Shown here one piece after another: positions 9,613 through 18,936 of a stretch of 41,768 bases of DNA; within the stretch, counting starts at the first letter, position 1; each line of letters starts with the position of its first letter. The DNA is from a virus (lineage: Duplodnaviria > Caudoviricetes). The position numbers were made by a program, and so were the translations under genes. The notes under the pieces were generated by a model. It did no database searches and was not told where the DNA came from. It saw only the letters and a program-made list of their open reading frames with translations. The stretch lies in the IMG/VR virus record IMGVR_UViG_3300011443_000026, positions 1 to 41,768 of that record. One strand, given 5' to 3'.

Positions 9613-11218
9613 GGACAGCCCTCGTTGATGTTCTGATTACTCTTACGGTACGCACGAAGTTACTCTGTCCACGTCGCATTGTGGATACGGCCCCAACAGG
9701 TATTTCATCCCCTACAGTTTCCATCACAGATGCAGCACGTCGCCCCTCAACCTGAGCAGATGCCATCATTACATCCCCACCGAGAATAATGATCCTAGCG
9801 CATTGAGCCAGCGCAAAACTCGTTGCTCTATCATCATGCTCATGTTCAGGGGCTTTTAACGTGCTACCGACTATAGAGGCAAGTTGTTGATAAGTAGAAA
9901 AAGCATGTACAATCGCGTCGCCCTCTTGTATAACCTTTGTACAATGTGTATACATAATGGCCTTTCCTTTGGTGGTGTTCAGCCACCCAGGACGGCCATC
10001 CATACCGTTCATCGTACCTTCAAAGCCATCCTCTGCCAGCTTGAGCAGCACAGCATGACCATGATTGTTGCGTTCCACCAAGACACTGGCTTCATTATAG
10101 AAGCCAGCTAACTTCTCAATGTAATCTGCAAAGGTGTTCGGTTGCAGCCGTTCGGCCAGCAACGCTACTTCCTCGCCTGTAGCCACATCCATAACAGTTG
10201 CAGAGCTATCATCTGAGTTAGGATTTCCTTCTGCAGGATCCGCCCCAATGACGTAGATATGCCCATCTTCAGGTCGCTTAAACACAGTAAGACCAGGAAG
10301 CCCAATATTATCATCCCCTTCGAGCTCCTCGTAAACTGCCTCCAGCCATTCATATGGGATTCTCTTATCCATACTTCTAGGCTTTAATGCTTCAGAATCA
10401 GTAGCTGGATATTGCTCGTACAGGTCGTCAAGGCTTCCTGTACGAGATTCAATATCCACCTTCTCCTTCTCATACCATTCCGGAGTCCTACGAGGATGAA
10501 CGTACCAGGGCAAGAAGATGTGCGCCCAGGCCGTCTTGCCAGCTTTGGCGTCGATGTAGATCTTTTTGAAATCGCTAATTGGTTTGTCTTTATCGGCACG
10601 AGAAAGCAGTATCATTTTGCCACCATTAGCGATGGTAGGCTTTACTGCTCTGAGAAGTGAATTTAGGTCAGGAGAGAGATCAGCTTCGTCAACAATAGCC
10701 AGAGTAGCAGTATAAGAATCCCCAGCAGAAGTAGGAAAACTTCGGGCTGTGCTCTCATTTTCCATACTCCACTCATGGGCATTGTCGGTGAAAACAGTAT
10801 GACCGCCCTTCATCCATTCCGGCAAGCGGTCATACATTCCTCTGAGACGGTCTTCAGAGAGAAGGTAGATAGCATCTATATCCCGCTTACTAAATATCAA
10901 TATAGATGCTATCGGCCTAAAGATCATGCACCATAAAGCGTAAGCAAGAACAAGCCAGGTGAGACCAATCTGCCTTGCCTTGAGTACGATGGATAGCTGA
11001 TTGTTGTGGATGATGTCCAATGCGGCCATCTGTGCAGGCCACAATTCAAAGGGAACCCAACTGGCATCTACAGTATCGTAGATGTAGCAGTAAGTCCTTA
11101 TGAAGTAGGCAGGACTATGGTAACACTTCCCCAGCTCCTCCGCTTCCAACTCCGTCATCGAGAAGGTAGGGGATTGAGAGAAGTTCGCCTTCCTCAGCAA
11201 CGTCATCTTCTTGGGCAT
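9587..11218 (-). CDS. terL: Terminase large subunit
   Basis: LKARQIGLTW (Walker A), IVDEAD (Walker B), nuclease motifs GADPAEG, VERNNHG and HDDRA. Confidence 0.95.
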   Translation of the reverse strand: MPKKMTLLRKANFSQSPTFSMTELEAEELGKCYHSPAYFIRTYCYIYDTVDASWVPFELWPAQMAALDIIHNNQLSIVLKARQIGLTWLVLAYALWCMIFRPIASILIFSKRDIDAIYLLSEDRLRGMYDRLPEWMKGGHTVFTDNAHEWSMENESTARSFPTSAGDSYTATLAIVDEADLSPDLNSLLRAVKPTIANGGKMILLSRADKDKPISDFKKIYIDAKAGKTAWAHIFLPWYVHPRRTPEWYEKEKVDIESRTGSLDDLYEQYPATDSEALKPRSMDKRIPYEWLEAVYEELEGDDNIGLPGLTVFKRPEDGHIYVIGADPAEGNPNSDDSSATVMDVATGEEVALLAERLQPNTFADYIEKLAGFYNEASVLVERNNHGHAVLLKLAEDGFEGTMNGMDGRPGWLNTTKGKAIMYTHCTKVIQEGDAIVHAFSTYQQLASIVGSTLKAPEHEHDDRATSFALAQCARIIILGGDVMMASAQVEGRRAASVMETVGDEIPVGAVSTMRRGQSNFVRTVRVIRTSTRAVHAPTENLG

Positions 11219-11588
11219 CTATAGCCTTTGTGCCGTTCCGCATTGCAGCGATAAGCGAGCGAGCATCCACGTTTACTTGCACATTGTTATTGGTTGTGAG
11301 GTTCTTGGAAGTATCATAGCCACGATCTTTAGCTTGCGTTCTGAGGAAGAACATTAAAAGACCTGGCTCTGTCTCCATCTGGGCAATAAGTATATCTTCT
11401 GCCCTATCTTTGACCGCTTCCTTCACCTGGATTTTGGCATCCATCACAGCTGGATGGTGTACCATATAATCCATAAGTTCGCCTCTGGACAGCCCAAGTT
11501 CCTTTGCGGCCAGAGCCATATTCCCCAATTGATTGCGTATTGCTAAGATTACAATACTTTCTTCCAGATATTCTGCTTGGTTTATCAT
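11115..11588 (-). CDS. terS: Terminase small subunit
   Basis: HTH-like GNMALAAKELGLSR, FFLRTQAKDRGY motif; directly upstream of terL. Confidence 0.75.
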   Translation of the reverse strand: MINQAEYLEESIVILAIRNQLGNMALAAKELGLSRGELMDYMVHHPAVMDAKIQVKEAVKDRAEDILIAQMETEPGLLMFFLRTQAKDRGYDTSKNLTTNNNVQVNVDARSLIAAMRNGTKAIDAQEDDVAEEGELLSIPYLLDDGVGSGGAGEVLP

Positions 11589-11687
11589 CTGGGATTCCTT
11601 ATGATGAATGTGTTAGGTTTAGCCTAACACATAACACTTGTATTGTAAAGTGGCAAAAGGGCTGTATATTGTGGGCATATACCCAAT

Positions 11688-11716
11688 TTGCGCCCTAGCG
11701 GGGGCTGTGCTATACT
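11688..11716 (+). promoter_or_regulatory. Sigma70-type promoter for the replication operon
   Basis: TTGCGC - 17 nt - TATACT with TG extended -10, in the divergent intergenic region. Confidence 0.6.
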
Positions 11717-11776
11717 GCTATATACGTTGTGCGCCCAAGCACAATAAAATATAACGCCGAGAAAGGCCAAGACAGA

Positions 11777-13465
11777 ATGCCAGAAAAGCAACCGCCAACT
11801 CCAGATGTTGGCAGAGTAACCTTCTACAAAGATACAAAACAAGATTTTCTTTTCTTCGTCCCCAGTAAAATTAACCCCACCCTCAAGCTGCTGGAAGGCA
11901 GTATGTGGTTCGTAGCTAACAACCCTGAATTAGGTTTGTGCTATCGTGCCGCAACTAGCCTTGAAGCACTATATTGGTTACGGGATAGCTTAGGTCCGTT
12001 GATGCTTGCGCCGGAAGTAGCAAAGTGGCGCAGAGAAGCTACATGGGTAAATCCAATACCATCCATACAAAACCTTCCCCTATTCCCTTTCCAACAGGAA
12101 GCTGTTGGTTTCCTAGTTGATCGCTCTCGTGCGATGCTCAGCCTTAGCCCAGGATTAGGTAAGACCATCTGTAGCATTACGGCGGCAAACCTACTAGGAG
12201 AGGATGTAGAAAAGGTACTGGTCATAGCACCTCTTTCCCTGCTGTATATGTGGAAAAGCGAGATTGCCAAGTGGGAACCTTTCCTACCTCGCAAGAGCCG
12301 TGTAATTATCTATCACGGCAAGAAGGCCAGCCTACAAGAAATAGACCAACCCTACGATGGTATGACCTGGGTGATTACCAATCCAGAAACCGCTATAAAA
12401 ATTGTACCGACCTTGCTGACCAAGAAGTTTGACCTGCTTATACTGGATGAAAGCATCCTGTACAAAAGCCGTACATCACAACGCACCAAAGGCGTCACCC
12501 GTTTAGCCAAAGGTATCCCAATGGTTTGGGAACTGACAGGCGCACCAGCCAATCGTATGATAGACGATATATGGTCGCAGTTCAATATCCTCAAGCCCAA
12601 AGCCTATGCGAGCTACTGGCGTTTTGCTCAAGAGTATTGTATGGTGAACCCGTCCCCCTGGGGCAATCAGGTAATCGCCAACAAAATGAACGCTGAAGAA
12701 GTTATCAAAAAGCGTTTCCAAGATATATACTTTGCCCGTAGTCAAAGCGAAGTGTTAGATATACCAGAGTGGATTTTTGAAGAAATAGACATACCCATGA
12801 AAGCCAAGCAGGAAAAGGCTTATCATGAAATGGCTATAGACCTAGCCACTACACTGAACCAAGAAGATGAAAGCGGCAACATCACGGCCAGCACAAAGGT
12901 CACAGTGGAAAACCATCTATCAAAGGTAGTGCGTTTAATCCAACTAGCCAGCAACCCGATGTTGTTAGATGGTACAAACGAAAGCGGTAAATGGGATGCT
13001 CTTCCGGAACTAATGGAAATCTACGATGGCCCCTGGTTAGTATGGGTGAGCTTCACCCGTACCGCCTACTACCTGGAAGAATTCCTAGCCCGTAAGGTAG
13101 ACCAGCGCATTGGTAAGATTATAGGCGCAACAGATACAGAAGAGCGTAACAATTGGATACGTAAATTTCAAGAAGGTGAAACCAAGATCCTTATCCTGAA
13201 CATGCAAACAGGGAGCTTCGGCCACACCCTCACGGCAGCGAGGACAGCCTTCTACCCTGAAAGAAACTATGATAGCAACTACTTTCAGAGTCTTCATCGT
13301 TTCCGCCGTATCGGTACAGTTCATGCTCCTAATGTGGTTCATCTTAGATCTGTGTACCAAGACGGTTCACCTACTATTGACCATCTGGTTCACGGTCTTC
13401 TAGACTATAGAGTTGGGATGATCAAGGATTTGACTACTGGCATGTTAAAGGATATACTTAAATGA
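11777..13465 (+). CDS. SNF2-family (SF2) helicase
   Basis: LFPFQ, PGLGKT, ILDES, LTGAP and Q..HRFRRIG motifs; GAAAGG RBS before ATG 11777. Confidence 0.9.
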   Translation: MPEKQPPTPDVGRVTFYKDTKQDFLFFVPSKINPTLKLLEGSMWFVANNPELGLCYRAATSLEALYWLRDSLGPLMLAPEVAKWRREATWVNPIPSIQNLPLFPFQQEAVGFLVDRSRAMLSLSPGLGKTICSITAANLLGEDVEKVLVIAPLSLLYMWKSEIAKWEPFLPRKSRVIIYHGKKASLQEIDQPYDGMTWVITNPETAIKIVPTLLTKKFDLLILDESILYKSRTSQRTKGVTRLAKGIPMVWELTGAPANRMIDDIWSQFNILKPKAYASYWRFAQEYCMVNPSPWGNQVIANKMNAEEVIKKRFQDIYFARSQSEVLDIPEWIFEEIDIPMKAKQEKAYHEMAIDLATTLNQEDESGNITASTKVTVENHLSKVVRLIQLASNPMLLDGTNESGKWDALPELMEIYDGPWLVWVSFTRTAYYLEEFLARKVDQRIGKIIGATDTEERNNWIRKFQEGETKILILNMQTGSFGHTLTAARTAFYPERNYDSNYFQSLHRFRRIGTVHAPNVVHLRSVYQDGSPTIDHLVHGLLDYRVGMIKDLTTGMLKDILK

Positions 13466-13860
13466 AGATTCAAGAGATGACTACAAAAGGTCTACAGAGA
13501 TTAGAAAACCCAAAGTTTCGAAAGGCTTTTTGCGGTAAACCAGGATTCCGCTTGCAAGCCCTGAAAGCCTATGCGGAAGGGGTAGAATACATCACAGATG
13601 GCTATAGCACAGATGTTAATGAACTGGCTTTTCAGGTCAATGGCAATCTTTCTAATTTCCATCCCCAACAAGATTGCTTGATTCCGGCAGGGACAGGCAT
13701 CATCAACATCTTGGTAGGCTACTATCTAGCCGCACACTTCCCCAATGAATCCATTGCTGTGGCTTTCTTCCAGCGTGAGATTACAAAGCATGATAGAACC
13801 GTAATCCCTGAGGACTACGAATTCTATAGATTCTATCCAGGCGAGCTACTAGGAGCATAA
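13462..13860 (+). CDS. Hypothetical protein
   Basis: 132 aa ORF coupled to the helicase gene (ATGA overlap). Confidence 0.6.
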   Translation: MKIQEMTTKGLQRLENPKFRKAFCGKPGFRLQALKAYAEGVEYITDGYSTDVNELAFQVNGNLSNFHPQQDCLIPAGTGIINILVGYYLAAHFPNESIAVAFFQREITKHDRTVIPEDYEFYRFYPGELLGA

Positions 13861-13950
13861 GGAGGCAACATGGCGTGCAGATCACCGCCGATAAAAACAT
13901 AACATGTTGTATAAACCCGCATTCGTAGAAGTGAAACAGGAGATAAACTA

Positions 13951-14727
13951 ATGGCAGATCCCGCAGAGAGGATCGCACAACCACCATCCCTTGCAAGGGA
14001 TATACCCTTCGGTACTTGGGATGACACTACAGCAGAAGATAAGGGTTGGAAAATACTTGTTTATGGCGACAGCGGTAGCGGTAAGACCTACTTCGCTGGT
14101 ACTTTCCCTGATCCACTCTTCCTTGACTTAGAAGATGGTATGCGCTCCCTTCTACCGTTAAAGCGTAACATCAAACGATACCCCAAGAGTCCGGCCCAAC
14201 AGATCACAACATTGGATGAGGTGAAAGCCTTCTACCAAATTGTGAAGAAGATAAAGCCAGAAGAAGCACCGTTCAAGACCATCGTCATAGATAGCCTGAA
14301 CGAGCTGCAAATCCTGGTATTGGAAAATTCGGTGAAGACTAATCCAGCTCAGCGAATCTACGATGACCAACCTACGATGCAAGATTATGGGAAGTTAGCC
14401 CGTGATATGCAGACCCTAGTACGGCTGTTCATCAAACTACCCTACAACATCATCTTCGTTGCAGGGTGCAAGGAACGTGAATTTCCTGAAGATAAGTTGC
14501 TGCCGTTGTTTTCCGGCAAGAAGACTGGGCCTGACGTCAGAAGGATCATTGAACAGATCGGCTATTGCTATACTAAGCAAGCGGCGAAAGATCAACCCGT
14601 TGAGCATATGATAGCATTCTCAGATACTCCGGCCTATATAGCCAAAGACCGGACGGGGAAGTTAGCACGACCAATCCGTAATACCTATGAAGCATTGATG
14701 AGTGTAGTCAACAAGGGGAAAGAATAA
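13951..14727 (+). CDS. AAA_24 ATPase / Sak4-like single-strand annealing protein
   Basis: LVYGDSGSGKT, LFLDLEDG, TIVIDSL, AKDRTG; AGGAG RBS. Confidence 0.85.
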   Translation: MADPAERIAQPPSLARDIPFGTWDDTTAEDKGWKILVYGDSGSGKTYFAGTFPDPLFLDLEDGMRSLLPLKRNIKRYPKSPAQQITTLDEVKAFYQIVKKIKPEEAPFKTIVIDSLNELQILVLENSVKTNPAQRIYDDQPTMQDYGKLARDMQTLVRLFIKLPYNIIFVAGCKEREFPEDKLLPLFSGKKTGPDVRRIIEQIGYCYTKQAAKDQPVEHMIAFSDTPAYIAKDRTGKLARPIRNTYEALMSVVNKGKE

Positions 14728-14729
14728 CC

Positions 14730-15239
14730 ATGAAAATCGATCTAGAGCGTTCAACACTGTTAGCTGACGGTATCTATAAGGTGCGTGTTATGGAGACCGA
14801 AGACCGCACAAGTGCCGCTGGCAATCCTTACGTCAACCTTACCTGTGACGTACTGGATGAGGCAGGGAAGTCCACTGGCAACACCATCTGGCACACATTA
14901 ACCATGACGCCAAAGGCGAAGTTCATGGTGGGCCGGTTCCTGGACGCGGTAGGTGCGCCCCTCACAGGTGCAATCAATTCCCGCAGCCTGAAGAACAAGA
15001 CCCTGTGGGCCAAGATCGGCAAGGACACCTATCAAGGCAAGAGCAAGAATGTAATCGTCGAACCGCTTACCCCAGAACAAGCAGGCAAGGATGCTGATAG
15101 CATCAACAATGTTTTTAACCTGGGTGACGATGCAGACACCAGCAACGGCTTTGAGGATGATATTGCCAGTTGGGAGAATGAGAAAGATGACGGCCTAGCC
15201 AACGTCCCGGATGAGATGAGTGAAGATTCCCGCTTCTAA
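14730..15239 (+). CDS. Single-stranded DNA-binding protein (DUF669-like)
   Basis: L.DG.Y.V.V...E...S.AGNP pattern, acidic C-terminal tail ending in F, adjacent to Sak4-like gene. Confidence 0.75.
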   Translation: MKIDLERSTLLADGIYKVRVMETEDRTSAAGNPYVNLTCDVLDEAGKSTGNTIWHTLTMTPKAKFMVGRFLDAVGAPLTGAINSRSLKNKTLWAKIGKDTYQGKSKNVIVEPLTPEQAGKDADSINNVFNLGDDADTSNGFEDDIASWENEKDDGLANVPDEMSEDSRF

Positions 15240-15245
15240 TTAATC

Positions 15246-15272
15246 GGGGGGCGCAGCAATGCGCCCCCTTAT
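15246..15272 (+). terminator. Stem-loop, possible intrinsic terminator
   Basis: GGGGGCGCA-GCAA-TGCGCCCCC followed by TTATCT (short U tract). Confidence 0.55.
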
Positions 15273-15293
15273 CTATGAAAGAGACCCATAGAG

Positions 15294-15683
15294 ATGAACG
15301 GCAGCACCAGTAGAATCCTAGCCTTTGACCCAGGAGAAATGGTGGGTATAGCCTTACTAGAAGATGGTGAATTTTTATGGGGAATGACTTGTAAGGCCAA
15401 AGCCTTTGAACGTTACCCCTTCATCTTGTCGCTTACCAAGATGACCAACCCTACCACCATCGTCATAGAATCCCCACCCAACCAGACACCACACTTCAAC
15501 AAAGACCAGGTTCATGTGTATGAACTACTCAAGAGTTACTATGAAATAGCTGGACTCACCGTAGTTTGCATTACACCTGGACAGTGGAAAAGATTAGTAG
15601 AACGTTGTAAAATTGATGTTACGCACGTAAGAGACGCCGCAGATATGGCAACCCTACAGTACAGGAAAGAGCTCAAGAAATGA
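15294..15683 (+). CDS. RuvC-like Holliday junction resolvase
   Basis: ILAFDPG, IVIES, P.QWK and H..DA motifs. Confidence 0.75.
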   Translation: MNGSTSRILAFDPGEMVGIALLEDGEFLWGMTCKAKAFERYPFILSLTKMTNPTTIVIESPPNQTPHFNKDQVHVYELLKSYYEIAGLTVVCITPGQWKRLVERCKIDVTHVRDAADMATLQYRKELKK

Positions 15684-16501
15684 ATGAGCCAGACATCACA
15701 ATTATCGGTGGAGGTTTGAGCGCAATCTATGCTTACTTTGGATGCTTAGATGCTGGCTATAATGCTGACCAGATAGAAGTGCTGGCAAGCAAGATGGCAC
15801 TACCCATCGGCGCAATCTTCATGTACGAAAGTCCGATCCCCTGGGTAGCCACACCCATCACCAGTATCCTACTAGGTACAGCAGATGTATATTCTGTAAA
15901 CCAGTGGACGAAGGTTGTAAAGACCAGCGCACATAACAGATTTGGTAATAGCCAGAAAACTGTGACAGACTATCTGTACATGTATGAGGAAATGGCTACA
16001 ACGCTATGGGGTATGATGCCTAGTCTACGGGAAAGCAAGCCTCTATCCCCTACCGATATAGAAGAGCTCAAGCATGAACGCAAGGCAGTAATCTGTACCT
16101 TCGCCAATCCCACCACCAAGCAAGGATATGCAGATAAGGGTTATCTCATAAACTTCCCCATCTACATCAATAAGGTGGAAACGGATAAGCACATCGTAGT
16201 TTATAATGGCTTGAACACAATCCCCTGGGTACGGCAGACAATGGTTCCCGGACACCAGTACACGGAATATCCAAACCATGTCTTCAGTATAGCCGTCGCT
16301 ACCTATGAGAACAATCGTGGAAATGGAGATGGGCAGATACACTTTGCCCCTGACCTCATGCCCAACACACCACCGTTAACTTGGGATGAGCGCATAGAAA
16401 ACAATCTTCTACGAGTTGGTAGATTGGCTGCTTTCGAAACAGGCTACCTATCCCACAAAGCTAGACGTGAAACATCACGCTTTCTACAGGAGTTAGTATG
16501 A
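15680..16501 (+). CDS. FAD/NAD-binding Rossmann-fold protein (oxidoreductase/mutase-like)
   Basis: ITIIGGGLSA dinucleotide-binding motif; C-terminal VGRLA.F as in UDP-galactopyranose mutase-like flavoproteins. Confidence 0.6.
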   Translation: MNEPDITIIGGGLSAIYAYFGCLDAGYNADQIEVLASKMALPIGAIFMYESPIPWVATPITSILLGTADVYSVNQWTKVVKTSAHNRFGNSQKTVTDYLYMYEEMATTLWGMMPSLRESKPLSPTDIEELKHERKAVICTFANPTTKQGYADKGYLINFPIYINKVETDKHIVVYNGLNTIPWVRQTMVPGHQYTEYPNHVFSIAVATYENNRGNGDGQIHFAPDLMPNTPPLTWDERIENNLLRVGRLAAFETGYLSHKARRETSRFLQELV

Positions 16502-17469
16502 GAAAGACCTTAGCCCAAGTATGGGACGAACAGCAAGAATACAACAACAAAGTACAGGAACTGCAAGAACGTAACAACACAGAATGGGTCATCAACTACA
16601 TTCTGGGCGCACATAGCGAGCTAAGTGAGCTATTAGAGCAAACTCACTGGAAGACGCATCGCATAGAACGTACTGGTCGATTCGGCCCAAACGTACTAGA
16701 AGAACTAGCTGACGTCACCAAGTATGTGTTCAGCATGTGGCAGCAGATGGGCTATGGTGAGCAAGATATGCTAGACGCCATGCACCGCAAACATGAAATT
16801 CTTGAGCAGCTCATGTATCAAGACACAAGACCACAACTACAAGAACGCAATATCCTAATGCTAGATTTAGATGGTGTAGTTGCCAATTTCCGTGAAGGCT
16901 TTATGCAATGGCTCAGTGGAACCCCCTGGCAAGATATACTCACCCTAGACGAACGTGACATCGGCTTACACATGGACATCAACAATGGCTGGAACTACCA
17001 TAGCTATCACCAAGCTAAGATGGAATTTGAACGTGACGGTGGTTACGGCACACTACCATCCATCGCCCGTATTAAGAAGTGCGTTAACGCCCTACACAGA
17101 GTCGGTTGGTACGTCATCGTGTATACAGCTAGACCTTATCGTACCTACAAGCGTATCTGGAGTGACACTTGGCTATGGCTTAAAAACCACGATATCGAAA
17201 CAGATGAGCTACACTTTGGCTATGATGAGCGTGTAGTTGCGGCCAGCCAATACAAAGAAGAGAACCATGTCGTCGCCATAGAGGATGATCCTACACTTAT
17301 CAAACGTTATGTAGGCTGCAACATCCCCGTCCTGCTATGCCCACAACCGTACAACCAGAACATCTTTCTCAACAACGACTATCTGAGGTTAATACAAGAT
17401 GAACAAGAACATTGGGACATCAGTAATGCTGTCCACAACACAATTACCACTGGGTCTTTCCATGCCTGA
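16498..17469 (+). CDS. Fusion of all-alpha NTP pyrophosphatase (dimeric dUTPase/MazG-like) and HAD nucleotidase
   Basis: SELSELL..THWK.H and EELADV; then LDLDGVV, YTAR and IEDD HAD motifs. Confidence 0.8.
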   Translation: MRKTLAQVWDEQQEYNNKVQELQERNNTEWVINYILGAHSELSELLEQTHWKTHRIERTGRFGPNVLEELADVTKYVFSMWQQMGYGEQDMLDAMHRKHEILEQLMYQDTRPQLQERNILMLDLDGVVANFREGFMQWLSGTPWQDILTLDERDIGLHMDINNGWNYHSYHQAKMEFERDGGYGTLPSIARIKKCVNALHRVGWYVIVYTARPYRTYKRIWSDTWLWLKNHDIETDELHFGYDERVVAASQYKEENHVVAIEDDPTLIKRYVGCNIPVLLCPQPYNQNIFLNNDYLRLIQDEQEHWDISNAVHNTITTGSFHA

Positions 17470-17830
17470 CAGAGAAAAGGAAACACTTGAAGCCATGCGT
17501 GATTTGGTCAATACCCCGACCGTCTTGACTCCTGTAGAACAGCAGCGTAAGGAAACTACGTTACATCTCTACAAACAAGAATTTGAAGTTTGTAAAGATA
17601 TTTTTGTAGACCGAAACAAGGTCTACAAAAATACTTTTGAATATATGGGATTGATCGGCACAGTGATCACCCTTATAGGAGACGTTTATCGCCTACGCAA
17701 CATGATTATACAGGAACCCGATCACGGCAGGAAGTACAAAGAGCAGATTGAAGATAAATTGCGTGACGTTGTGAACCAAGCATTGATTAGCTTAATGATG
17801 CTACACGACGACAACTACGAAGGCAAGTAA
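17462..17830 (+). CDS. DUF1599-like nucleotide-modification-associated domain protein
   Basis: C.DIF..RN..Y...F ... RL.N ... IEDKL.D..N pattern. Confidence 0.6.
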   Translation: MPDREKETLEAMRDLVNTPTVLTPVEQQRKETTLHLYKQEFEVCKDIFVDRNKVYKNTFEYMGLIGTVITLIGDVYRLRNMIIQEPDHGRKYKEQIEDKLRDVVNQALISLMMLHDDNYEGK

Positions 17831-17831
17831 C

Positions 17832-18647
17832 ATGACCACCATGTCCCGTAAGGGCAGCAATGTCTTCAATGAAGCACCAGATCAGCAAGGGCGCAATGAT
17901 GAATATTACGCTAATCTGGAGGTACACATTTTACAGTACCCCACCCGTGAGCAGTTCCTTAAGCTCATGAGCAAAGCCAGTGTTGCTGTACGAGGCAACA
18001 TTGTAGGGGATGAGGAAATTGACGAGGTGATGGCAGATGATATGCTACGAGGTGGCTTGAACCAATCCTTAGAATGGATGCAGGTCATCTTTGAAGTAGG
18101 GGGCGTCAGCAGGGGCGTTACCCACCAACTCGTACGAACCCGTAAAGCCAGCTTTGCTCAACAGAGTATGCGCTATGCCAACATGGGTACATTCAATGCA
18201 AGAGTACCTGTACGCATATCCAAGTCCCCTGAAGCCCTACGTATATGGCGCAAAGCTATAGAAGCCAGCCGCCAAGCCTATCAAGAACTTACCAACATGG
18301 GTGTGCCGATGGAAGATGCAAGGACGGTATGCCCAATCGCAACGCAAACGTATATTATTTGCAGCTACCCACTTAGCGAATTCCTTGCGCTGTACAGCTA
18401 CAGAGCCTGTCAGATGTTCTACCCAGAGATGGTAGCCTTAATGGGGTTGATGAAAGCAGAACTAATCCGTGTATGCCCCTGGCTAGAAGAACACATCAAG
18501 ATAAGTTGTGAAAAGACTGGGCCTGGAATCAATGGCTTACCGCATAAGTGTATGTATCAAGGCTTTGAAATGGTACAGGGGAACTGTACCTTTGAGTGGG
18601 CTGTGGAGGACAATCGGGTATATAAATCCCGGAAGGTAGATAGGTAA
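17832..18647 (+). CDS. thyX: Flavin-dependent thymidylate synthase-like protein (divergent)
   Basis: S.LE....F...GVSR..THQLVRTRKASFAQQSMRY and EDAR..P motifs. Confidence 0.8.
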   Translation: MTTMSRKGSNVFNEAPDQQGRNDEYYANLEVHILQYPTREQFLKLMSKASVAVRGNIVGDEEIDEVMADDMLRGGLNQSLEWMQVIFEVGGVSRGVTHQLVRTRKASFAQQSMRYANMGTFNARVPVRISKSPEALRIWRKAIEASRQAYQELTNMGVPMEDARTVCPIATQTYIICSYPLSEFLALYSYRACQMFYPEMVALMGLMKAELIRVCPWLEEHIKISCEKTGPGINGLPHKCMYQGFEMVQGNCTFEWAVEDNRVYKSRKVDR

Positions 18648-18928
18648 TGCTATCCCTACAATTTTTGCTGGAGCTTCATGGTCAGAACAAACAGCTTACG
18701 GCAGAAGAAGTTAATCAAATAGCCGCTGAGGTCAACACCACCCTACGAGCCAATCGTAGGGTGGGGGAACTAACAGAGGAGGAAGTGCTATGGGGAAATA
18801 AGTTACTGATGAGCTTATATGTATTTTCCCGTGTGGACGAGAACCTTGAAGTAGATGTTACCCCGCAAGACATAGATTACATGGTGGAAGAAACAAGTTA
18901 CTTACAGATGGGTTACAGTAGGAATTAG
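18647..18928 (+). CDS. Hypothetical protein
   Basis: 93 aa ORF translationally coupled to thyX. Confidence 0.6.
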   Translation: MLSLQFLLELHGQNKQLTAEEVNQIAAEVNTTLRANRRVGELTEEEVLWGNKLLMSLYVFSRVDENLEVDVTPQDIDYMVEETSYLQMGYSRN

Positions 18929-18936
18929 GAGGAATC

